64,000 bases of DNA, taken from assembly GCA_964016885.1 (NCBI GenBank), contig OZ024757.1, positions 10,788,001-10,852,000 of the forward strand, read 5' to 3'. The position numbers were made by a program, and so were the translations under genes. This DNA comes from Eledone cirrhosa (taxonomy: Eukaryota). This document shows, in pieces, positions 11,827 to 23,738 of the stretch. The notes beneath the pieces were generated by a model that was not told the origin of the DNA, did not search any database, and saw nothing but the letters and a program-made list of their open reading frames with translations. Numbering within the stretch: position 1 is the first letter of the stretch; the number at the start of each line of letters is the position of its first letter.

Positions 11827-13482
11827 CTAGTTTTCCTTTAAATATTGACAATAAAGAGCCTCAAAACATTCTTCTGTCTTTAGAGCTTCTTTCAGAGTGG
11901 CTATGGTGCATTTTTCTGGTTTACAAATTTCACACCATCTGCGTAACATTTGAAAAGCCTGTTTCACAACACTCTTAGGATTGTCATGCTCTATTGTGTC
12001 AAGTTCAATAGCTGGAACTTCTAATTGAATACCTGTAAAATATAAAACAATAAGAAACCAATACTATAACAACAACAACATTAAACAGATTAGTTATATA
12101 AAATATGTATACCACAGGTTGTTGTAAATAACAAAGTAACTAGCTGTAGAGTAATAGAAATAATTAACATAAACATTCTAAAATATTGGTGTATGTTTCC
12201 AAGGATACCGACAAAAATAAAGAAGTTGAAGTGAGGAGAAGAAAGAAGAACAAGATTAAAGAAAATAGAATGGAGAAAATTATGGCAAAGAAATGGCAGA
12301 AGTTTTTGTATTGTCAGAACTGGTTCGGAATTTAAATATCCAACATTGATAACCAACATTCACAACATGTCATCCATAGCAAAGGTTTAAAGGATGAGAT
12401 TGAAGACCCCTCAATAACATCACAAGATCAGTGTCTGAAATAGTCATGTTTCTGCCTAAAATCTACCAAGACATCAATGACAAGTGACAAACATTTCCTC
12501 ATCCTCGCTACTAAATTTAATGGACATGTTGAGTAGCACCAAGATGGCTCTTTTGGAATACATGATGGCTAGAGGTATGGCTTGAGGGATAAAGACTCCT
12601 ACAGTTCTGTGATGTAAATGACTTAGCCATTTGCATCACTAACTTCAAGATATCAGCCAGTCATTTGATCAGGTAGACATACAAGCTAGATTAACTTTAT
12701 TCTCATCAGAAAACAAATAGACAGATGGTTGTGAATATTAAATCTTTTTCCAGAGAAGGAAGCCTTTGGTAGAGAGTGTGGACAAAGGAAGACCATAACC
12801 TTAACAATAAGACTACACCATCTCATAAGACCAAGATGACTGAAGAATGAAGGAAAGAGTAACAATCTCTAGGAATAATGTAGGGTGGTCACACCTGGAA
12901 CACCTTCCATTATAAATCTGCAGATCATGGCAGAACCGAGACTAAATAACAATAACAACCTATCTGTAAATTTAATATGTTTCAATAAAAACAAACAAAA
13001 ACATTCCCATTAACTCACTTGTTTACCCCAATACACCAACAGATTTTTATTCCCTGTTTTAGAAGTTATATTGTGTCTTCTAATTTATCCATTTTTACCA
13101 ATTCAGTTAAAAGTAAACTTTATAGAAACTTTATAGACCCTGAAAAAATATTTCCAAGTTATTCATTTTACTGTAAAGATTTTCTATTCCTGTTAATAAT
13201 CTATATTTTATATTTTCAGACATTCCTATCATCAGAAGGAATGGGAATTGAACTCAGAACCTTATGATCATGAGACAAACACACTAACCACTAAGTCATG
13301 AATGGAAATATACAGACAGATTATCAAATAATTACTTATTAAATTCACCCATCGTACTTATAATCATTCCACATTGGGCACAATTTTCTAATGAAGTACA
13401 ACATATTTCACATGTTACTTTATTTCCACATGGATGGAATGTTATGGTGGCTCCATAAGTGTTACATGTGTGACATACAGCT
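11827..13482 (-). pseudogene. RING-finger + death-domain gene, copy A (exons 13340-13482 and 11827-12032), disabled
   Basis: The RING exon AVCHTC..FHPCGNKVTCEICC..CAQC has its donor mutated GT>AT (13334-13339) and a His>Asn zinc ligand. The 72-nt middle exon of copy B is deleted at ~13135. The last exon GIQLEVPAIELDTIEHDNP..QAFQMLRRW..TIATLKEAL ends in TAG. Confidence 0.75.
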
Positions 13483-13634
13483 CTGTAAAAGGAAATAAAG
13501 ATACAACCCATCAACAACATTAATTTACACCAAATATTACATTATATACAAGTTTACAGAGATTATGTGTGAAGGGTACAACAACCTCTCTAGTATTGGT
13601 GACATGATAAAATACAACCAGTACACTCTGTAAT

Positions 13635-16600
13635 CATCATCATCATCATCATCAACGTTTAACGTCCGTGTTCCACGCTTGCATGGGTTTGGACGGGGGT
13701 AGTCCCACTTGAGGCAAGAGTGATTGTCTTGCTCGCATAGGACTGTCTGGCAGGTTTTCTACAGTTGGATGCCCTTCCTAACACCAACCACATTTACAGT
13801 GTGGGTCTGGGAGGTTTTTACCGTGTTGCCTACACGGCCACATTACAGCGTGGACTGTGTGTTTTTTTGTCGTGACACCTACACGATCTCATTTGTTTCG
13901 GCCCGGATGGCGCGGCACCAACATAACTTTACATAGGACGGGGTGGTGTGGATGGGGTGGGGGTGGTGGTGGTGGGACGGGGTGTATTTTGTTAGAGATG
14001 CCTACTGGCAAGGCGGGTCTTCTCTGTTACTGAGTACCGCCAAAGGTCTCGGTCCAGTGACATTGTCTTGGAGAGGTGTAAGTGTGTGAGGTCGGAGTTT
14101 ATCAGCTCGTCCCAGGTTTTTCTAGGTCTGCCTATTCCGTGGCTACCGTCTATCTTTATTGCCCTGCACTTTGTTATACAGCTATCGACTTTCATGCGCA
14201 TCACGTGTCCATACCAACGTAGCCTTCTCTCGAGTAAACAACATCTGATCCCTCTTATCTCTAATTTTTTCCTTAGTTCGTTTATGCTTTGCCGTTCACG
14301 TATATTACTGTTACACATCCAGCGGAGCATGCAAGCTTCGTTCCTCTCTAGTCTGCGTATATCCTCTGCACACAATGCCCAGGTCTCACTGCCATGCAAC
14401 ATTGCTGTTCGTATGCAGGCATCGTACAACCTGCCTTTCATTTTTAGGGAGAACCCTTTAGCAGCTAATAGTGGTATAAGCTCTCTGAACTTTTTCCAAC
14501 CAGTTCTGACTCTAGCTACAGTACTTTCAGAGCACCCTCCCCCACTGCTGATTTTATCGCCCAGGTAACGGAAGCTGTCCACTATTTCTATAGAACCCTC
14601 TGCGCAATTGAAAGAGCTAGTATTGTGTGGGCACTTGCTGCTACTTATTGCACCAGAACACCGGCCACATGTAAAATCTATGTTCTTAGTTAGCTTACCT
14701 GTGATCCCACTACATCTTTTATGCACCCATACTTTGCATTTAGGACACAAAATGGAGTTTCTACCTACGCCTTTCCTACACACCGAGCACGACCATTTCC
14801 CAGAAGGGACCGCCGCCTTGTTTTCTTTCCTACAAACTAGAACTTTGGTCTTAGCCAGGTTAATTTTAAGTCCTTTTGACTCTAGGCCGTGCTTCCATGT
14901 TTGGAATTTCTTCTCTAGCTCGGCCATTGATTCCGCTATGAGTGTCAGGTCGTCTGCGTATAGGAGTTCCCATGGGCAGCCTGTCTTGAACTCCTCTGTT
15001 ATAGCCTGAAGGGCAATAATAAATAGTAGGGGGCTGAGAACAGAGCCCTGATGGACGCCAACTTTTACGCTAAACTCTTCACTATATTCGTTGTTAATTC
15101 TAACCTTGCTGACTGTTTCTTTATACATGGCTTGTATAGCCCTCACAAGCCATTCGTCAACGCCTAGTTTTCTAAGAGCCCACCAGATAATGGAGCGGGG
15201 GACTCTGTCGAAGGCTTTCTCCAAGTCGACAAAAGCTAAGTAGAGGGGTTTACCTTTAGCTAGGTACTTCTCCTGTAGTTGTTGTACTATGAAAAGAGCG
15301 TCTGTGGTACTTTTGCCTGACACAAACCCGAACTGCATTTCATCTAGGTCAATTCTCTCTCTGATTAGTTGCGCTATTACTTTTTCTGTGACCTTCATGA
15401 CCTGGTCGATTAATTTAATGCCTCTATAGTTACTCCTATCTAGGGCGTCTCCTTTACCCTTATAACAGTTAACGATGATGCTGCTATGCCAGTCCTTCGG
15501 AACAGCCCCATTCTGTACGACTTGGTTAACTATGCGGGTGACCATGGTGTGTCCCACCGTGCCAGATGCCTTCAGCATCTCAGCAACTATTTCCGAAGGC
15601 CCAGCCGCCTTACCTGTCTTCATATCCTTGATTGCCTTACTTATTATACTCCCCTCGACTAACACTGCTGGTCCCTCTATTGGGTCGACATGGGGGAGAC
15701 TGTCTTTCTCCCATTTATTCTCCTCATTTAGTAGCCTTTCATAGTGACACTTCCAAGCTGCCTTCTTATCAGTGTCGGTGATGGCAAGTATGCCATCATC
15801 GTTAAGTACACACTTCTCCCCGACAATATCACGGTTTTCCTTGACGCATTGCCTAGCAATCCTGAACACCTCACGTTTTTGGTCATCGCGTTGTAGGACA
15901 TGCTTGAACTTTCTTTCCTCAGCTTCCCTTCTTGCTAAGTACACTTCTCTCCTAGCTTCCCTCCTGGCCACTTGATAGTCTACTCTACTTCCCCCATCCC
16001 GCCATACTTTCCAAGCCTGCTTTTTGGCCTTAATTGACTCCTCCACCTTACTGTTCCACCACCATGTTACTCTCCTCCTGCCTACAGGCCTGCTCCAGCC
16101 ACAGACTTCGTCTGTGGCCAACAGCAGGTTTGCTTTCAGAAATTCCCACTGTCCCTCTATATTGTCCGACTCTAAGTGTTCTTCCTTACTGTCGAAAGCA
16201 TCAAGTAATATGTTTTGAAATTTATTTTTGGCTGTGGGGTCCTTTAGCTTCCATATTTTTCTCCTGAGGATAGTCCTCTTCTGCTGTCGAGTACGTCTCG
16301 ACCTGACTATGAGGTCGCTAATTATCAGTCTATGTTGGGAGGTGCATTCTTCATGGGGGAGGGATTTAGTGTTTACAACAGACACTCTGTCACGTCTTCT
16401 GGTAAGGATATAATCTACCTGGCTTGTGTGTTCCCCGGATCTATAGGTGATCAGGTGATTGTCACGTTTTTTGAAGTTAGTGTTACAGATAGTTAGGTTA
16501 TTTGCATCACAGAATTCCAGGATTCTGGAGCCTTCCTCATTTCTAGTACCAAACCCATAGCCTCCATGGATTTCGTCGTAGCCGTCACAATGTTGCCCAA

Positions 16601-17139
16601 CGTGACCATTTAGGTCGCCTGCAATAATTATATAGTCACTGTCAGATATTTGGGAGGTAGTGAGCATCAGTGTCTCATAGAATCTGTCTTTTATAGTGCC
16701 GGGCAGTCCGGATTGGGGTGCATACGCAGATATTACTGTCACCGTAGTTCTATTGAGGACAAGTCGTATTTTAATTATTCTGTCGTTCACTCTATTTACG
16801 TCTATTATCTTATCCGCCCACTTTTCTGCTACCATGATTCCTACTCCACCCAGCCCATCGTCGTTTCCCACCCAGAAAAGCTTATAACATCGTTTTTTAC
16901 CCTCAATGAATCTAGCAGACCCACCCCTCCACCTGGTCTCTTGAATACAACAAACATCGACCTCCTTACGTTCAAGCATTTCTACAACCTCGTTAGCGCG
17001 CCCCTTTAGGGTGCCTACATTTATGGTACCAACTCTGAAGTTTTGGATCGCGTTTGGAGGGTGGGGGTGGTGTGGGGCGGGGGGAGATGGGGTTATGTTA
17101 GCCATCCGCGGGCGAAACAAAGAAGAGTGCTCGCATTCT
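13635..17139 (-). mobile_element. RTE-clade LINE, young, ORF intact, (GAT)n 3' tail
   Basis: Boundaries set by the empty site in the paralogue (62298-62320 ctctgtaat|gtggttggta). The tail appears as (cat)n on the + strand at 13635-13652. Confidence 0.93.
13992..17105 (-). CDS. LINE ORF: APE endonuclease, reverse transcriptase, PHD-like zinc finger (1037 aa from the first element-internal ATG)
   Basis: GTINVGTL, IQETRW, GDLNGHVG, SQHRL (APE); NYRGIKL, FVDLEKAFD, QGSVLSP, LLYADD (RT); CSVC..CPKC..HKRC..CGRC; RRLRWYGHV, GRPRKTW. The first 40 aa of the 1077-aa ORF are flanking DNA or element 5' UTR. Confidence 0.93.
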   Translation of the reverse strand: MANITPSPPAPHHPHPPNAIQNFRVGTINVGTLKGRANEVVEMLERKEVDVCCIQETRWRGGSARFIEGKKRCYKLFWVGNDDGLGGVGIMVAEKWADKIIDVNRVNDRIIKIRLVLNRTTVTVISAYAPQSGLPGTIKDRFYETLMLTTSQISDSDYIIIAGDLNGHVGQHCDGYDEIHGGYGFGTRNEEGSRILEFCDANNLTICNTNFKKRDNHLITYRSGEHTSQVDYILTRRRDRVSVVNTKSLPHEECTSQHRLIISDLIVRSRRTRQQKRTILRRKIWKLKDPTAKNKFQNILLDAFDSKEEHLESDNIEGQWEFLKANLLLATDEVCGWSRPVGRRRVTWWWNSKVEESIKAKKQAWKVWRDGGSRVDYQVARREARREVYLARREAEERKFKHVLQRDDQKREVFRIARQCVKENRDIVGEKCVLNDDGILAITDTDKKAAWKCHYERLLNEENKWEKDSLPHVDPIEGPAVLVEGSIISKAIKDMKTGKAAGPSEIVAEMLKASGTVGHTMVTRIVNQVVQNGAVPKDWHSSIIVNCYKGKGDALDRSNYRGIKLIDQVMKVTEKVIAQLIRERIDLDEMQFGFVSGKSTTDALFIVQQLQEKYLAKGKPLYLAFVDLEKAFDRVPRSIIWWALRKLGVDEWLVRAIQAMYKETVSKVRINNEYSEEFSVKVGVHQGSVLSPLLFIIALQAITEEFKTGCPWELLYADDLTLIAESMAELEKKFQTWKHGLESKGLKINLAKTKVLVCRKENKAAVPSGKWSCSVCRKGVGRNSILCPKCKVWVHKRCSGITGKLTKNIDFTCGRCSGAISSSKCPHNTSSFNCAEGSIEIVDSFRYLGDKISSGGGCSESTVARVRTGWKKFRELIPLLAAKGFSLKMKGRLYDACIRTAMLHGSETWALCAEDIRRLERNEACMLRWMCNSNIRERQSINELRKKLEIRGIRCCLLERRLRWYGHVMRMKVDSCITKCRAIKIDGSHGIGRPRKTWDELINSDLTHLHLSKTMSLDRDLWRYSVTEKTRLASRHL

Positions 17140-17794
17140 GTGGTTGGTAAATAGGAAGGGCTTCCTGTCATACAAAACTTTCCAAACAAAGGATAGAGAG
17201 GATTCTGTAGTGGTTTCAAAGACATGACAACATCCCTAGTGTTGGTGCCATGATTAAATCAGCAGTGCATTTCATGATGATAATGATGATGATAATTTAT
17301 AATAAAAGTATTACAATACATCACCTGTGTTTGTATGTTTATATATAATCCCACCTGTAATTCTTTAAAATTTACACACACAAACATACACACACATAGA
17401 TACAATACATTTCCTATCTCAGACATGTTGCTATAATATGTTCACAACTTTAGTCATGAGAGAAACAATATAAAAAAAGATTTCTTTACCATTTTGATTC
17501 AATAATTTATCTTTTATGAATAAAGTATGAAGTGTGGAAATCTTGTATGTATTAAATATTATAATAATTGTTTCTACTTTAGGCACAAGGCCAACAATTT
17601 GAAGGGAAGGGGAAAGTCAATTAAATCAAGCCCAGTGCAATACTGCTACTTTATTTTATTGACTCTGTAAAGATAAAAGGCGAAGCTAACCTCGGCGGGA
17701 TTTGCACTCAGAACGTTCAGGGTCATAACTCTATGCTACAAAGCATGGTGTGTGACGCTCTACTGACACTGCCAATCCATAATCAATAAGAATA

Positions 17795-17970
17795 AAGAAA
17801 ATTATTTTGTACAATGCTCAGGTGCACTACAACTCATCAAAGGTGGATGTATTGTACATAGAGTAATGTAGAAATATCAGGAAAGTGAACAGTGATTGAG
17901 TCATGATATACACACACACATGTATGGAGGGGGGATATCAGGAAGTATGGAGGTTTTGAAGGATGCAGTG
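17795..17970 (-). mobile_element. CR1-like LINE 3' end fragment (paralogue at 62565-62860)
   Basis: Reverse complement matches the 3' UTR of the CR1 at 23540-23730 (gtagtgcacctgagca..gtaca). Confidence 0.7.
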
Positions 17971-18194
17971 TCATACATCTTTACATTGATCTTATGTTAT
18001 TGATTTGAAGTTGTCAGCATTTTACAGAGTGTACTGGGTGTATTTTATTGTGGAAACAGCTCCACCACAACTAACAATAATAATGATGATAATTACATCA
18101 GTAAGTATATTTATTAAGTTACATTATTAAAAAGACAACATAACGATGACCCATGGTGGGATTTTGACATTAATGACTAAATAAAAAAGAGACA

Positions 18195-18630
18195 TTATTG
18201 AGTAAATGTGCAGCAACTGCAGAGGATATGCGACGGCTGGAGAGAAATGAAGCAAGCATGCTCCGTTGGATGTGCAATGTCAATGTGCATGAACGACCAA
18301 GCATAGATGTGTTGAGAGAGAAACTGGGTATAAGAGGGATAAGTTGTAGTGTGCAGGAGAGATGACTGCGTTGGTATGGACATGTGATGTGCATGGAGGA
18401 TGACTGCTGCGTCAAGAAGTGCCAAGAAATCCCAGTAGAAGGAAGACACAGTAGAGGAAGACCACAAAAAACATGGGTGGAGGTGGTGAGAGCAGACCTC
18501 AGATCACTGAAACTAACAGAGGAGATAATGAGGTACCGTGACGAATGGAGAGATGCTGTGCTGAATAGGACCCGTCTCACTCTTGCAAGCAGGGAAAAGT
18601 GGACGTAAAATGATGATGATGATGATGAAC
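18195..18630 (+). mobile_element. RTE LINE 3' fragment
   Basis: RRLERNEASMLRWMCNV..WYGHVM..GRPQKTW; ggacgtaaaa(tga)n tail. Confidence 0.85.
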
Positions 18631-19380
18631 ATAAGCATAACAAAAGTCTATAAAAACTAGTGCATGGATCAAATATAAACTTAAGAATGTAAAAATACAT
18701 CTTCAAAGTATATTTTTAATATATTTATAATAAAAAGTTCAACTACATCTTTCAGTCTTAAGTATATAGATAATCTGTTATACTTCAAATGTAATAATTG
18801 TTTCTACTTTTGGCACAAGGCCAGCAATTACCCCAGTGTATTACTGGTACTTTATTTTATCAAAGGCAAAGTTATCCTCGGCATGATTTCAACTCAGACC
18901 GTAAAGGGCCGTAACTCTATGCTGCGAATCATGGTGTCCGACCCTCTACCAATCCACTGCCCTAGTCAAGGTATAATAATAACAATAATAAATATTAGGG
19001 CTAATGATTATACAACTAGAGAATTATTTGAAAAATTATTAATAATAATTTTACAATAATATATTACCAAATACAATAAAATAATTTATCAATGTAGAGT
19101 AAAAAGCTGAATATTATGAACATTTATAAAAAAATTAATACAAAAAATGTTATCAAAACATTTTATAAAAAAATTATGTTTCAGCTCTGTATTATATTTG
19201 TTGTTTTACATTGAGCTATTGTCATACTTGTAATTGGATAATATTTAATATTACCCACATTATATATATGTATATATCCAGGGAGTGTAACACGGAGTTA
19301 CTGTAGGTTCACCTGGGTGAGTACTCCATCTTTAGGTTCACATCTGTAGTGAAGTGTAGAGCTAGACAGAGTGTAATAGA

Positions 19381-19564
19381 ATAATACAAGGACAAAAGGT
19401 TACTCCTTCATTACTTTTATTGGTTGGTGACACATGTTTCGTTATTGATCAGCTCAAGGTTTGATCTATATTGATACAGATCAAACCTTGAGCTGATCAA
19501 TAGTGAAACATGTGTCACCAACCAATAAATGTAATGAAGCAGTAACCATTCGTCCTTGAATTAT
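19381..19564. repeat. ~85-bp-arm fold-back with degenerate hammerhead 3' half (GAAAC atgt GTC)
   Basis: Inverted arms around ~19472; AATAAA downstream of the motif; (TA)n flanks. Confidence 0.8.
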
Positions 19565-19591
19565 TATGTATGTATATATATTAACACAATT

Positions 19592-22290
19592 CATCATCAT
19601 CGTTTAACGTCCATCTTCCACGCTAGCATGGGTTAGACGGGAATTGTCCCACTTGAGGCAAGATTGATCGGGTGACCATGTCTCGCTCGTATAGGACTGT
19701 ATCTGGCAGGTTTTCTACAGTTGGATGCCTTTCCTAACACCAACCACATTTCCAGTGTGGACTGGGAGTCTTTTTGTGATGACACCTACACTACCTCTTT
19801 AGTTTGGACTGGATGTTGTGGTACCAACATAACTTTACAGAGACATGGTGGTGTTGATGGGAGTGGGAGGATGGAGTAGGATGTGTGGGTTGGGGTGTAT
19901 ATTTGGTTAGGACGGGCCTACTGACTGTAGGTTAACTTTGCACGTCGGGAAGGCAGGTCTTCTCTGTTACTGTGTGGTGCCATAGATCTCAATCCAGTGA
20001 CATTGTCTAAGAGAGGTGTAAGTGTGCAAGGTTGGATTTTATGTCGTCCCAGGTTTTTCTGGGTCTACCTACTCCATAACTTCCATCAATTTTGATCACC
20101 CTGGACTTTTTTTATAAAGCTGTCATCTTTCATGCGCATCACATGACCATACCAACATAATCTTCTCTCAAGTAAACAGCATCTGATCCTTCTTATTCCT
20201 AATTCTCACTTAGTTTTTTAATTTTTTGCCATTCATGTCTCACACATCAACAGATCATGCATGCTTCATTCCTTCCCAATCTGTGCAGGTCCTCTGCACA
20301 CAATGCCCATGTCTCACTGCCATGTAGCATTGTTGTTTGTATGCACGCATCATACAATCTGCCTTTCATTTTTAGAGAGAAACTTTTTGTGTCTAGCAGC
20401 GGTATAAGCTCTCTGAGCTTTTTCCATCCCATTCTAACTCTGGCTACTACACATTCAGAGCACCCTCCACCACTGCTGATTTTGTCACCCAGGCAACAGA
20501 AAGTGTCCACTATATAGAACCATCTGGGCAGTAGAAGGTGCTAGTATCCTGTTGGTACTTCCTGCTTATTTCACCCGAGCAAGGCATCAGTGCCCTATTT
20601 TCTTTTCTACATACTAGACCTTTAGTCTTAGACAAGTTAACTTTAAGGCCTTTTGATTCAAGGCCATGCTTCCATTTTTGGAATTTCTTCTCTAGTTCAG
20701 CCATAGATTCAGCTATGAGAGTTAGAGCATCTGCATATAGAAATTCCCGTGGGCAGCTGGTCTTAAACCCCTCTGTTATAGCCTGAAGGGCAATAATAAA
20801 CAGGAGGGGGCTAAGGACAGGGCCTTGAAGAACACCTACTTTTATGCTAAATTCTTACTGACTGTTTCTTTGTACATGGCTTGTATAGCTCTTCCAAGCC
20901 ATTCATCTACTCCTACATTTCTAAGGGCCCACCAGATAATGGAGCGGGGGACTCTGTCAAAGGCATTCTCCAAGTCAACAAAAGCTAAGTATAAGGGGTT
21001 TACTTTTAGCTAGCTACTTCTGCTCTAGATGCTGTACAAGGAAAAGAGTGTCTGTGGTACTTTTACCTGGCACGAAACCAAACTGTATTTCATCTAGATC
21101 AATTTGATCTCTGATTAGTTGTGCTATAACTCTTTCTGTGACCTTCATGACTTGGTCAACTACCTTAATGCCTCTATAGTTTCCATTATCTAGGGCATCT
21201 CCTTTACCCTTGTAGCAGTTAACGATGATGCTGCTACGCCAGTCATCTGGTATGACCCCATTCTGTATTACTTGGTTTACTATCTCGGTGTCCATAGTAT
21301 GTTCCACCATTCCAGATGCTTTCAACATCTCAACAACTATCTCTGAAGGCCCAGCTGCCTTACCCGTCTTCATATCTTTGATTGCCTTACTTACTATACT
21401 ATCATTAAGTTGCACCGCTGATCTCTCTATTAGATCGATTTGGGGCATACTATCTTTTTTCCATTTATTCTCATCTTTTAGTAATCTCTCGTAGTGACAC
21501 TTGCAAGCTACCTTCTTATCAATATCAGTGAGGGCAAGTACACCATCATCATTATGGACACACTTCTCCCTGACAATATCACGGTTTTCCTTGACACTTT
21601 GTCTTGTGATCCTGAACACCTCACGTTGTAGAACATGCTTGAACTTTCTATTCTCTTCTTCCCTTCTTGCAAAGTTCAATTGTCTCCTAGCCACCTAATA
21701 GTGTTCTCTACTTTCCCCATCCCACAATACTTCCCAAGCCTGATTGTCTCCTCCACTTCCAAGTTACCCTTCTCCTACCTATAGGTCTGCTCCAACAACA
21801 CATTTCATCTGTTGCCTTCAGCAGGTTAACTTTCAAGAATTCCCACTGTTCCTCTATATTGTATGTCTCTAATTGCACCTCTTTACTGTCAAAAGCATTA
21901 ACTAATATGCTTTTAAATTTATTACTGGCTGTGGGGTCCTTCAACTTCCATCTTCTCCTCAAGGTAGTCCTCCTCTGTCATCGAGTACGTCTAGTCCTGA
22001 CTGTGAGGTCACTAACTACTAAGCTATGTAGGGAGGTGCATTCTTCACAGAGGAGGGACTTAGTGTTTACAACAGACACTGTCACACCTTCTAGTAAGGT
22101 TATAATCTATCTGGCTGGCATGTTCCCCTGATGTACAGGTGATCAAGTAATTGTCTCGTTTTTTGAAGTCTGTGTTACAGATAGTGAGGTTATTAGCGTC
22201 ATTTCCCATCCAGAAAAGTTTATAGCATCATTTTTTACCCACAATGAATCTAGCAGACCCACCCCTGCACCTAGTCTCTTGAACATACAC
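19592..22290 (-). mobile_element. Degenerate RTE LINE (older subfamily of the 13.6-17.1 kb element), internally deleted
   Basis: ORF fragments 21014-21694, 20247-20704 and 21708-21962 are homologous to the intact ORF; duplicated at 34612-37720. Confidence 0.9.
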
Positions 22291-22301
22291 ATATATATAT
22301 A

Positions 22302-23706
22302 TACCTTGACTTTGCGAAAGCTTTCAATTCAGTGCCACACAAAAGACTTATGGCAAAACTCTCTGCAATGGGTGTGAAGGATGATGTTTTTAACTGGTTG
22401 AAGTCCTTCATTCTCAGTCGAAGAGAGGTAGTCACGGTTCTGGGACAGCATTCCTCACCATATGAGATGTCATCTGGTGTACTACAGGGATCTGTTCTTG
22501 GACCCCTTTTGTTTGTGGCATATATTAATGACATAGATGCGAACTTAAAGAATACCACAGTACTAAAGTACGCAGATGACATCAAGCTGTACCTTGGGAT
22601 AAAAAGTACAGATCCTGAACACTATAGATCTTGCTTGCAGTCTGATCTGGACACAATGCAACAATGGATCTCAGACTGGCAACTCAAGCTAGCTGTGGTC
22701 AAGTGCAACACAATGCATTTTGGGAGTAAAAACCCAGCATCCACATACTCCCTCCACAGCACTAATATAAAGAAGTCTTCTTGTGAACGTGACCTGGGCA
22801 TTACGGTCAGCAGCGATTTGCGTTGGACGAAGCACATCTCTAAAATTATCAAGGGAGCTGAGGGTGTCTTAGCATCACTCAGCAAGACCTTTGTCAGCCG
22901 CTCTCCAGCTATATATTTAAGGCTGTACATGGCTATGGTGCAGTCACAATTAAAATTTGCATCATCAGTCTGGAACCCTTATCTTACTCAGCACATTGAC
23001 CGCCTGGAAACTGTTCAGAGAGGTGCAACCAAGCAAATACCCTCCATCAGGCATCTACCATACTCTGAACGCCTTGCTTCCCTGGGCATGGATACATTGA
23101 AACTCCGACGCCTGGCAACTGACTTGGTAAACACCCACAAAATTGTTAACCATCTTGCCGACAACAACCCTGTGTACCTTTTTGATTTCCATGTGTCTAA
23201 CACACGTGGGCATGCTCACAAAGTCAGAAAACAGCACAGTTCCCATGACTTTCAGAAACAATTTTTCACACTTAGAGTTGCTGAAGCATGGAACAAACTA
23301 CCTGCATCAGTTGTTAGCTGTCGAGACACTGCATCCTTTAAAACCTCCATGGAATAAACTACCTGCATCAGTTGCTAGCTGTCGAGACACTGCAGCCTTT
23401 AAAACCTCCATGGAACAAACTACCTGCATCAGTTGTTAGCTGTCGAGACACTGCATCCTTTAAAACCTCCATGGAATAAACTACCTGCATCAGTTGGTAG
23501 CTGTCGAGATACTGCATCCTTTAAAACCTCCATGCTTCCCGAGATTCACCAACACTACACCTAATGTTCCCCCTCCATACACATAGACACATGTATATCA
23601 TGACTCATACACTATTCACTTCCCTGACATTTGTTTATTATTCTATGTACTATACATGCACCTTTGACGAGGTGTAGTGCACCTGAGCACTGTACACAAT
23701 AATTTC

Positions 23707-23730
<24 letters not shown>
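22302..23730 (+). mobile_element. 5'-truncated CR1/L2-type LINE with (ATT)n tail, inserted in (AT)n
   Basis: DFAKAFNSVPH, QGSVLGPLLF..YINDI, KYADDIKL, VWNPY, TRGH, FF..RV..WNKLP; empty site at 37720-37745. Confidence 0.9.
23295..23533 (+). repeat. Four tandem ~59-bp copies of the CR1 ORF end
   Basis: aaactacctgcatcagttg..gagacactgcatcctttaaaacctccatg repeated four times. Confidence 0.9.

Positions 23731-23738
<8 letters not shown>

Larger units (their letters stand above)
10915..17970. repeat. Segmental duplication copy A (paralogue of ~57285-62760), interrupted by the RTE insertion
   Basis: Long colinear near-identical intronic sequence, e.g. 12033-12500 vs 58047-58515 and 13245-13634 vs 61917-62306. 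Confidence 0.92.

Noticed and set aside
14068-17009. Plus-strand ORFs overlapping the RTE ORF
   Set aside because: Antisense shadows of the LINE coding sequence.
17106-17225. N-terminal 40 aa of the 1077-aa ORF
   Set aside because: MSLKPLQNP..GSPSY also occurs at the empty paralogous site (ORF 62209-62391), so most of it is flanking DNA open by chance; the rest is element 5' UTR.
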